From NCBI RefSeq assembly GCF_001194135.2, contig NC_069001.1:15735545-15768426 (forward strand): DNA of 32,882 nt. The letters are read 5' to 3'. Origin of the DNA: Octopus bimaculoides (taxonomy: Eukaryota). Below the pieces are notes generated by a model. The model was not told where the DNA came from. It saw only the letters and a list, made by a program, of their open reading frames with translations, and ran no database searches. A program made the translations under genes and the position numbers. Below, piece after piece: positions 23,530 through 32,882 of this stretch. Numbering within the stretch: position 1 is the stretch's first letter; each line of letters opens with the position of its first letter.

Positions 23530-23775
23530 CTCAAGCATGTATATTATTTTCACATTAGCAATGGGCTGGATACCCTACAAATTTAGATATTTTGTCTGAG
23601 AAAGGTTGATGCAGCTACTTTTGCGGACATACCATTCTTTACCAACCTTAGAACCAAGTCAACATCAATTTTCAGAAAATGACTTTTCTAGGAAAACATC
23701 CATATGGGTTAGCTGTGCTGTGACCGAGAACCCACACGCCAGCAGTTGGTAAGTCGTCAAGCACAACCTCAAGGG

Positions 23776-23813
<38 letters not shown>

Positions 23814-24456
23814 CACACACATGTACAAAAAGGAGTAACAGTAACTTCGAAGCTTCAATAATGAGCCAATGAGCAAGGCTACGTGGTCACACAACCTACT
23901 GGAAATAACAGCCAAATCTCCTTCAACTCACACCCTACCGTTACACAAAGATAATATAGTCCTACATGTCCCTAAAAAGGCGGGAGTACCATAGCTAGAA
24001 TGATCATATAACTGCATGATCATGGTTGACAGGGGCTAAACAACAACACTTCAGCGATTATATTTGAATGTCCCTCATGTCAACTAAAACATAATTAAAA
24101 ACAGTGAGACTAAAATACAGCAGCCGACTGAAGTGTTTAAAAATGTAAACGTTGATTATTATACATCGTCAAGTGGGTGTTTTTAACGTGCTGGATTTAA
24201 AACAAGAGTACAACAAACTATCCAATATATTGACTCATAGTTCCAATCAACTGAACCTCACAGATTCCTGAAATAGTAGTCAAAGCTAATTAATCCGAAG
24301 CCTGCAATTTGTTTCCTCCAAGAAGCGGGAATTAATATTAATCGTGTTATAAGGCAAAACCCGAAACGAAGTATCAAGTAACAAAACAAAGTTATCTTGC
24401 AATGAAAAAAATTTTTTTTTTTAATCAGCTTTTAATTCCCCCCAATGCACACTCAC

Positions 24457-24530
24457 CAAAAAGAAGTAGAATAAAAACCAGAAGACAACAAAACTATATT
24501 CCGCAAAATTAATACTGAAAGTCACATATA
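24457..24530 (-). other. Candidate alternative non-coding 5' exon of Roquin (5' boundary unknown)
   Basis: Consensus donor TTG|GTGAGT at 24456-24451 in CpG-retaining unique sequence. Confidence 0.25.
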
Positions 24531-24534
24531 GGTA

Positions 24535-24693
24535 TGAAAATATTGCTGTTATCTTTAAAAATAGTATCATAAAATTAGTGACGGAATCACACACACACTA
24601 GATATATATATACATATATATGAAAATATTATTGCTGTAATCTTTAAAAATATTTGTATGAAATTAGTGACGGAATCACACACACACACACAT

Positions 24694-24700
<7 letters not shown>
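24535..24700. repeat. Tandem duplication, period 86 bp
   Basis: tgaaaatatt(att)gctgt.atctttaaaaata...aaattagtgacggaatcacacacacac starts at 24535 and again at 24621. Confidence 0.85.
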
Positions 24701-24752
<52 letters not shown>

Positions 24753-25447
24753 TGGATGTATATATTTAGGTGTGTGTGTATATATATATATATTCGTTTA
24801 ATAACTAATTATATCACGGTAATTTCGACTGCTAGCGTTGAATAAAAACTGAGTTTACAAATAAATATTATATATATATATAAGCTATATACACATACAC
24901 ACACACACACATCAACATTAACTACATAGAAATGTTTCTTCCACTCCAAAATGTGGTCGCAATGCTAACATAATAAACTTAAATAAACTGCTGCTACAAC
25001 TGTGTTTCGCAACAACAACCCAAGCTATTAAACAGCAGTCACGCTTCATTTACTTACACAAAATATGAACTAATTTGTTTATATATCGATATTATTTGCC
25101 GAAATAGCAAAAATAAAATAATAATAATAATATTATCTTCGAGTCTTGGAAACATTTCTTTAATTTAGAGGCGATCGTTTATAGTATTCATAACAAGATC
25201 ACTTATCAAAGTTGATTTGGGAATCATTTTATAAGCACAAGAACCTGTTTAATATACAAGAATAAATAAATAAACGAAAGAAACGGTACCAAGGTCAGGT
25301 AAATAAATACAGCCCTCATGAATGTTACAGTGATTATTATTATTATTAAATAGTAAAAGTTTGTTTTTCTTGTCAAGAGTTAAAGGCAGAGAGTGTTTCT
25401 AGTTACAAAATAAAAAATGAAATACAAATAAATCCGAAATCACTCAC

Positions 25448-25700
25448 CGAGTACATATACATTTTTCCCTTTCTTCTTAATGTATCAAATTGTAAAATAG
25501 AAAGACAATATATTTAAAAAAAAAAATAAATAATTTACAATAAAAGTTAACAAAGACAGTATTCAGGTCTCCATTTTGTTTGGAAGAAGAATGTTTCTCC
25601 GGTTACCTCCCTTTTTCAGTGGAACTCTTCATCTTTTAAGATGAATGTCTATTTCAAGACTTGGAGAGAATCCAACTGTGATCGTTATTGTTGTTTAACT
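25448..25700 (-). other. Candidate non-coding first exon of Roquin (5' boundary unknown)
   Basis: Consensus donor TCG|GTGAGT at 25447-25442 in unique, CpG-retaining sequence upstream of the first coding exon. No transcript evidence. Confidence 0.4.
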
Positions 25701-26599
25701 CGGTCAATTTTGATTCAACAAGCCTATGTTTAATATATTAGCCAATATATCCGGGTTTTTTTTTTTTTTAAGGCAGTGTTGTCACAATTCTTTCTATTAT
25801 AGTTAGGAGGTCCCTACTCGACTGATACTTATTTACCGACCCCGAAAGGGTGAAGAGCAAAATCGACCGCGGCGTTATTTGAAGTTGAAATAGATAGACG
25901 AAAGGTCGATTCTGCCAGCTCGCTGCTTTAATATTATATATGATAATGAGGGATATATGTAGCTGTTATTTCTTGCAAAGTCGAGCCAGGGGTGAATAAA
26001 AGGTCCCTCTTGTTGCTTCCGATGCTGTGGTTTTTCATGTAGTAATCCCTTCATGGTTTATAATTTTATATAGTAGTTAGAAATAATCAAAAATAACACT
26101 AAAAAAAATTCCACTTTAAAAACCACATGATTAATCTAAGCTTATTTTCGACGAATTCAAAATGAGATTTTTTTTCCTCTCTCAATTACTTAAGACTGAT
26201 CTATTTCAAATAATGATTCCATTTTTACAGTCACATGGCTAAGGGAGAGGGAGGAGGACAGTTGTCAGTGTCCAGGTCAGTATTTGGTACTTTATTTTGT
26301 AGTATTTGTTTCAATTCTTTACATCCTGAATCCAAATCCCGAAAATCAAATTTGCCTTTCATCTTTCCGACCTTAAGCAAAGTTGACCTGGGAAGTAGGA
26401 ACTGCCTATTGCTTTGCTTTTATCAATCCTGGAGGAATGAAGTCAAAGCTGAGCTTGGAGTGATTTGAACTCAGAAAATAAAAGAACTGGAACAATACTA
26501 CGATGCGTTTTGTGCGACGTTTTATCGATTCTGGCAATCCAGACCCATTTCTTTTATGTGTAACAAGGACAATAACTGAAATTACAAAAACTAAAAGTA

Positions 26600-27341
26600 G
26601 TGAATAAATCTCACGGTGGCTTCGGCTGATAACCAGCTCTGTCCGACGTGCAGCAAAAGCTATTCGACATAACTACACAAGTCAGCGATGCTCGGACACT
26701 GAACGAGTGCATGCAAAAGGATTTTGTCGCTTTACGCGCATCTCCAATAGGCTCAGCGAACAAAACTCACATGCCCGCAAAACTGGCGATACCTTACTAC
26801 TACTACCAGACTAGGGAACTATGGACGTTGTTCATAGTCATTGGGCTGAAATCTTTTGGAAAAGACTGCTCAAGTGACCTTCATTGACGTCCAAGTTTTT
26901 CCTCGGAGAACATTGCTGTTCTTGCCCAACACTAATCCGTTACAGATTACAAGGATTGATATACCATCGACCACATTACCCGAATGATAGAAAACTAAGC
27001 ACCTGACAACATTACAGATGTCAGGTAGCCAATCATGGTATTCAGTTGACGCAGGACCGCAGCTTTGTTAAAAAATTAGGAACTGTGGGAAAATATATCT
27101 GGCGAACAACTGCATACTGTCCAAGAATTTCTGATAATTAGCAGACATATGGTGAGGCAGTTACAGCATTCCGAGTCCCCACTGCAGATGTTGTTGACAA
27201 CAGATGCAATCTCTGACCAGTAGAACATGTCCCTTCCATAAAGAACAAAAGGGCAGATATTACAATTTGGTCAGGTAAAGCTGGAACAAAGTACAGCGGT
27301 TAAGCAGTTTATAAAAAATAAGTAAAAAAAAAAAAAAAAAA
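26600..27341 (+). mobile_element. Possible highly decayed RTE-like LINE 3' fragment with A-rich end
   Basis: Patchy motif similarity only: ELWTL (ETWTL-like, ~26817) and QGLI(Y)/IDHITRM (QRLRW-GH-RM-like, ~26950-26986). The block ends in an A-run at the gap edge. Confidence 0.3.
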
Positions 27342-27508
27342 NNNNNNNNNNNNNNNNNNNNNNNNNNNNNNNNNNNNNNNNNNNNNNNNNNNNNNNNNNN
27401 NNNNNNNNNNNNNNNNNNNNNNNNNNNNNNNNNNNNNNNNNNNNNNNNNNNNNNNNNNNNNNNNNNNNNNNNNNNNNNNNNNNNNNNNNNNNNNNNNNNN
27501 NNNNNNNN

Positions 27509-27777
27509 TTGGAAAAGGTGTTGTTTTCTTCTTGAGCTTTCTGAAGAACTTGCTGTGCTCGTTCTCTTTCTTTCTGCAGTTGTTCCAATCTCTGGGTTTC
27601 TAGAGACTCTCTTCTCTTCTGAGCTTTCTTTAACTTATCAGCAATAGCCTCCTGGGTGAGAGACCGAGTCTCCTTGGGAGGAGAACCAGGCTTATGAGGG
27701 GTATAATTTGATGCAGGCTTCAAAATAACTTCATAAGCAACACCACCAGTACTTTCCTTGGCCTTTTCTGCAGACAT
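27509..27777 (-). CDS. STMN: Stathmin-family protein, N-terminal part; runs into the assembly gap
   Basis: MSAEKAKESTGGVAYEVILKPAS...GSPPKETRSLTQEAIADKLKKAQKRRESLE...QVLQKAQEENNTFS aligns with the stathmin motifs 'G-A(F/Y)ELIL', 'SPPK', 'L---EI--KL--A-ERR-S' and 'LQKA-EENN-FS'. 89 codons are open up to the gap. A possible acceptor (aag) lies at 27782-27780. Confidence 0.9.
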
Positions 27778-28544
27778 GTCTTTAGTTAAAAGGAAGCAGT
27801 CACACTGAAGGCACTAATAACTATTCACTTTTAGTCTTCCTTCGGTCCAGCTCCAACAATACCTGCCCAGTTCTCCTATTTAAACGTCTGGTTCCAGCCA
27901 GACTCTGTCAAGACACCCATGATGATAGCCAGCAAAGCCCCGTTTCGCCTGGTATCGAGTTATTCCCGTCACGTCAGCGTCCCTCATTGTGATGTCAACA
28001 ACATCCATTTTCGTGGTATTGGACTCTATCGTATGGCAACATCTCTGCCTATGTTGACGTGGCTTTTCCGCAGCCCGTCAACAAATCGCTAGTTTCTGCA
28101 GCAGGGCTCAAAAACCAAAACGTACAGTAATAGAGGAGAAGGGACACCACTGAGGTGGTTACAATGAACGGTGATGCGGCTTCTGAAAACAGGACCAAAA
28201 CCAGCGCCACGGAAGACAACCAACAAGTGGATTAGAGTCCCGATCGAAGTTAGTTTTATTACTCTTTTTACTTGCGATATATCGACTGATGTGGAGGTTG
28301 ACTAATCAAACACGCGGACATCGCAGTTCTGATTAGTTACCAGACGACACGCAGACATCTTTGCAAGCACACTGCCAAAATCTCAAACAGCAGGGTTATG
28401 TACCGATAATAATAAAATTAAAACGAAAATTAGAAATGTTCCGTTGTTTTTCTTTCGTTTTTTTTAACCTATGTATTTTAAATTTAATAATATATTAATG
28501 ATTCTTTTATAGAACGGTGGATCTCGAACCAGATAAAGCTATAA

Positions 28545-28760
28545 ATGATTTCAAATTTTGGCACAAGACCAGAAATTTCAGGAGAGGGCTTAAGTCGATT
28601 ACATCAACCCTAGTGATCAACTGCTACTTATTTTAATGACCCCGAAAGGATGAAAGGCAAAGTCCACCCCGGTGAAATTTGAACTCAGAACGTAAAGACA
28701 GATGAAATGCCACTAAGCGTTTTGCCCGGCGTGCTAACGATTCCGCCAGCTCGCCAACTT
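28545..28760 (-). mobile_element. SINE family B (best-preserved copy)
   Basis: On the minus strand: tRNA-like head (ggcgagctggcggaatcgttag...gagttcaaatttc) and core tttgcctttcatcctttcggggtcattaaaataagtag. Other copies at ~17265-17400, 25750-25930, 26235-26545 and 28985-29200. Confidence 0.75.
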
Positions 28761-28820
28761 AAATAAAACTATAAATACTGAGGTTTAAAAAAAACAAACC
28801 TTTAGACAGAAATGGTCGAA

Positions 28821-28891
28821 GGCTGCCCAAGGGACTCGAACCCACAACATATAAACATGACAAGCGTTCGTACCACTGGACCAAAGCAATC
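28821..28891 (-). pseudogene. tRNA-like sequence (degenerate tRNA pseudogene or isolated SINE head)
   Basis: Minus strand has an A-box-like TGGTCCAGTGG and a B-box GGTTCGAGTCC at tRNA spacing. Acceptor and T stems have mismatches, and the anticodon cannot be assigned. Confidence 0.4.
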
Positions 28892-29206
28892 TTCCCAATT
28901 TCTCTAAGTTTATGAATTCTTATAATGTCCTCAACATCGATGAAATTAATAACTGTTCCTAAGTTACACACAAAGCCAACGTTATACCGACTGGTACTTT
29001 ACTTCATCGACCCCAGAGGGATGAAAGACAAAGTGGACATTAATGGGATTTGAACACAAAATGTAAAAAGACAAAAGAAATACTGCAAAGCATATTTCGC
29101 CTGACGCTTTAACTGTTGTTTCCGATTTAGGCACAAGGCCAGTAATTTTAAGAGAGGTGGGTAAAATTGATTAAATCAACTTTAGTATTCGATTGCTACT
29201 TTACAT

Positions 29207-29483
29207 CAGGGGTTTTCAAACTGTGGTCCGCAAGGACAAGATAGAGGGTCCGTGGACAGCAAATACTTTTTATGGGCAATTTGATTTTATATGTTTTTTA
29301 ATCGAAATCTTTTAATTAACAATAAACCTATTTGTTAAATACTGTTAAATAAATAAATGTAAAAATATATGTTATTTTAAGCAAATATTTATGTATAAAT
29401 TTCATAAGCGTTTATAAGGGGGTCCCTAAGGTAAAGCCTGAAATATAAAGGGGTCAGCAAGTTAAAAAGTTTGAAAACTCCTG
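29207..29483. mobile_element. hAT-type MITE (277 bp) with a perfect 8-bp TSD
   Basis: TIRs caggggttttcaaact / agtttgaaaactcctg (15/16 match). TSD ctttacat at 29199-29206 and 29484-29491. Confidence 0.9.
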
Positions 29484-29589
29484 CTTTACATAACCTAGAT
29501 GTCTACATTTATCTTCCTCCGTCATTATTTTCCACAATACTGGAATTTGCTATTTTTCCGCAAGATTTCTGGAAAACTTCGAGAAATAA

Positions 29590-29930
29590 GTGGAGGTGTA
29601 GCAAGAAGCTTGCTTCCCAACCACATGGTTCAAGGTTCAGTCCCACAACGTGGCACCTTGGACAAGTGTTTACTAAAGCCGCGGGCTAGCCAAAGCCTTG
29701 AGTGGATTTAGTAGACAGAATCTGCAAGATGCCCGTCGTGTGTGTGTGTGTCACAACCGCTTGACAATCGGTGTTGGTGTGTTTACGTCCTAGTAACTTA
29801 GCGATTCGACAAAAGTGCCCGATAATGAATACCAGGATTTTAAAAAAGTACTGGGATCGATTCATTCTACAACAAATTCTTCAAGGCGGTGCCTCAGCAT
29901 AGCTTCAGTCTAATGATTAAAACAAATACA
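29590..29930 (+). mobile_element. SINE family A
   Basis: Same head and tail, with a short internal (TG)n. Confidence 0.8.
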
Positions 29931-30552
29931 TATTTTCAAATTTTTTTTTAATAGCATACATTTCTGTTAGTAAATGTTTTTTCTTACATACGCACGAACT
30001 CGCTTTGTGCCGATGGGCGAAGAAGGGACGAGTAAGAGGAAGATACGAGGTCGTTCTGGAATGCGCTACAAACAACAGCTAAATCACACTTTTTTTTTTT
30101 TTTTAAAACCAAAAAGGCTTTCCCCATCGTTTTTAAGTGTGTAGTGCCTGAAGAAAAAGTGGTCAAAATCGGTCTGAAGTGGATGCAAGGAGGGGCTAGT
30201 AAGAAAAATAAAATCAAGTTTTCAAAACTTTTTCCCATAAAAGTCCCCACCACTACCACCATCATTTCGAAGGTCATGATGAATAAAAAAAATTGGAAAA
30301 ATCCCATCAAAATCCAACTCATGTGAGCGTCCTGGGCCAAAACTCCGCCGCTATCAGCTGTTTAGTAACAGGTCAGGCCTGTTATGATAGACATTATGAT
30401 CAAAGGCGTTCCAGCCACGACCAGCCTGTAATTTTGTATACATGCTGTTCCACTCTTCCTTCATGCAAGATAGAATATTTGATGGGGCAGGCTTCAGGGG
30501 ACTCGGTTGCTATTTCTAACAAACCGTGCTCCCTTATTGGCAAGTCACGCAC

Positions 30553-30870
30553 TCTTATTCACCTTCATCCTTTACTTGTTTGTCATTAGACTGCGGCCAT
30601 ACTGGGGCACCACCTTGAAGGATTTTAGTCGAACGAATCGACCCCAGTTCTTATTTTCTTCTTTTAGAGCCTGGTACTTATTCTATTGGTCCACTTTTGC
30701 CGAAACAATTATGGGGACGTAAATACCTCAACACCAGACAGATACACACACACGACGGGTTTCATTCAATTTCTGTCTACCAAACCCACTCACAAGGCTT
30801 TGGTCGACCCGAGGCTAGAAGACACTTGTCCAAGGTGCCACGCAGTGGAACTAAACCCGGAACCACACAA
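30553..30870 (-). mobile_element. SINE family A (head truncated); another copy at ~31075-31355
   Basis: Reverse-complement match to the family A tail and head. Confidence 0.75.
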
Positions 30871-31627
30871 CGCCTGCGTTTATTTATTCTGTTGTTGCTC
30901 CGCTTGGTTAATTCTGGTTGTCGTAGTAGTTTTACACTGCAGTAGTAGATCAATACCTTTGTCACGGACATTCGTGCTTGACCGTTCGGAATTCGTCAAG
31001 GTAGTTTTAACATATTTAGTGTTTTCGATCACTTTACCAATGTGGCTATTGATTTTTAATTCAATAAGTCAGTGTTAGTATTTGCACTGCGGCCATGCTG
31101 GGGCATCATCATAAAGAAGGATGTTATCGAATAAAATTGCCCCACCACCACTCCAGGACTTATTTTGTTAAGTCTGATACTGATTCTATCGGTCACTTTT
31201 TGCTGAAATATTACTTGACGGGAACGTAAACAAACTAACACCGGCTATCCACTGAGGGGAGACTCACACAGTCATATCCCCCTCCCCACCACACACACAA
31301 ATGATGAACTTGGAAGGTTTCGGTTGGCCTGGGGCTATCGTAGAAGACACTTGACCATGGTCAACTTCAGTTAATCCTCATCATCTAAAACCCACAACTC
31401 ATGCTGACATAGGTTGGACGGTTTGACAGACCTAGATGGAGTTCAAGGTCAGTAGAACTATAATTAGCTAGTTTGGTAATTTTTTATTATTAGAGGGTTT
31501 TTTTGTTTTGTTTTGTATCGTATCAATTTGCCTTTGTACAATTTCGTTTTTAATATTTTACGTAGATTGTATTTTGAACAAGCAGCCAAGAACGTTTTGA
31601 GAACGTACGGTTTCGACAAGATGATCC

Positions 31628-31663
<36 letters not shown>

Positions 31664-31930
31664 GCGTGTGTGTATGTGTGTGTGTGTGTGTACACAAATG
31701 CACATTCTCCAGGCAATTACGAGTGACAATCCCAGTTAAAAAAGGAAAACCTAAAACGTTCGTATTTTGTTCACGTTCTTACTGCATCAGAAAAAAAAAA
31801 CCCAACTCTAACCCCGATTGCAGAAACAGTGACTGACGTACGAATCACTAAGTAAAAATACACAATACACTCGTATCATATACACTCCTTGATCTCAGAA
31901 ACCAAAATTGATTACAGATCAAATAAACTG

Positions 31931-31942
31931 CATGACGTCATG
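31931..31942. promoter_or_regulatory. 12-bp palindrome CATGACGTCATG containing a full CRE (TGACGTCA)
   Basis: The motif is present; function is unproven. Confidence 0.2.
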
Positions 31943-31994
31943 AAAATTATATCAACTAAATTCCATTTACACAATGAGTATATCAATTTTTTTA

Positions 31995-32193
31995 TTTCTT
32001 TTTTTGTCATTTGACTGCGGACATGCTGGAGCACCGCCTTTAGTCGAGCAAATCGACCACAGGACTTATTCTTTGGATGCCTAGTACTTATTCTATCGGT
32101 CTCTTTTGCCAAACCGCTAAGTTACGGGGACATAAACACACCATCATCGGTTGTCAAGCGATGTTGGGGGAACAAACACAGACACACAAACAT

Positions 32194-32224
<31 letters not shown>

Positions 32225-32380
32225 CATACATACACACACACACATATATACGACGGGTTTCTCACAAGGCTTTGGTCGGCCCGAGGCTATAGTAGAAGAC
32301 GCTTGCCCAAGGTGCTACCTAGTGGGAATGAACCCGAAACTATGTGATTGGTAAGCAAGCTACTTACCACACAGCCACTC
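31995..32380 (-). mobile_element. SINE family A, near full length
   Basis: Reverse complement of the 14593-15150 copy, including the internal (CA)/(TA) tract. Confidence 0.85.
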
Positions 32381-32745
32381 TTGCGCCTAATTTTGGGTAA
32401 TTTTGTTTCAATTTTTGTGGTAGCTGTTTCGGTAAGTTAAACGAGAGCCCCAGAAATTTTCCAGTGTAATCAACAATGACATATCTAATTAGTTGTAGGT
32501 GTGGACGATGCGAAATGTTGGTAATATGGAGACAGGTCATTCACTATCCTGAAATGTTTGTGACTCTACATGCAGAGAGATGTGACGTCCAGGAAGTTTG
32601 ATTCAAGCCCTCAAACGATATAACTTCCTCTGTGTTTCATCGGTCCACTTAACCATATACATAATATAATATTTCAAAATTATTTATTTGGCTGACTTAA
32701 AATAAACTTGGGAAACAAGACTGATCTGTTCTGAAATCGTTTGTG

Positions 32746-32784
<39 letters not shown>

Positions 32785-32882
32785 GCTTTTGTAAAAATCA
32801 CTTGATACAGTAACAATAACTAAAGTTTTTTCTTTCTTTTTTTTTAAGTTAACTTAAAAGAGATTTCTTTTAACAGAATGTC

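Noticed and set aside
23749-23754. Perfect + strand donor G|GTAAGT suggesting an antisense exon
   Set aside because: It is a single 7-mer with no supporting ORF or acceptor, which is expected by chance.
26625-26670. CPTC as a zinc finger and RHN as an RLE-type LINE motif
   Set aside because: They are in different frames, the spacing is wrong, and a stop follows immediately.
27311-27341. A-run as the poly(A) tail of a stathmin retrocopy
   Set aside because: Wrong strand: a minus-strand retrocopy would show a T-run on the + strand.
27271-27508. C-terminal part of the 168-aa stathmin ORF
   Set aside because: It is read through Ns and a T-run, so it is an artefact. The same applies to the ORFs spanning gaps at 2197-2641 and 14531-15017.
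1-32882. Roquin-binding CDE hairpins (autoregulation), CRISPR arrays, rRNA or operon-like systems
   Set aside because: The Roquin 3' UTR is outside the window and no convincing CDE was seen by eye (not an exhaustive scan). The repeats are dispersed elements, not repeat-spacer arrays, and the DNA is eukaryotic.

Overview
AT-rich, intron-rich animal genomic DNA dense in microsatellites, SINEs and MITEs, with three N-gaps (2230-2536, 14749-14887, 27342-27508). The repeat style suggests an octopus/coleoid cephalopod (inference, not verified). The left ~25 kb holds the 5' half of a Roquin (RC3H1/2-family) gene on the minus strand. Four coding exons (8308-7963, 6354-6124, 5142-4967, 3749-3549) splice in frame with canonical GT/AG sites into 318 aa of RING + HEPN-N + ROQ. 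The non-coding first exon(s) probably lie at ~24.5-25.7 kb. Upstream on the same strand is a stathmin-family exon (27777 into the gap at 27508) whose C-terminal part is not visible. The rest is several recurring SINE-like families, decayed RTE-clade LINE fragments, TTAA (piggyBac-type) MITEs and hAT MITEs. The best leads are: (i) Roquin codons where the genome has an A-initial codon that A-to-I editing would convert to the vertebrate/fly residue (S157/G, T273/A, I202/V, I141/V); (ii) an inverted repeat pair flanking the 399-nt start-codon exon; (iii) a Pro-to-Leu change in the RING 'CPFD' motif; (iv) a CpG-decay boundary recorded in repeat copies. I cannot demonstrate a new biological system from sequence alone; these are testable hypotheses. 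Comparisons to human and fly Roquin are from memory and need alignment. Repeat coordinates are approximate.
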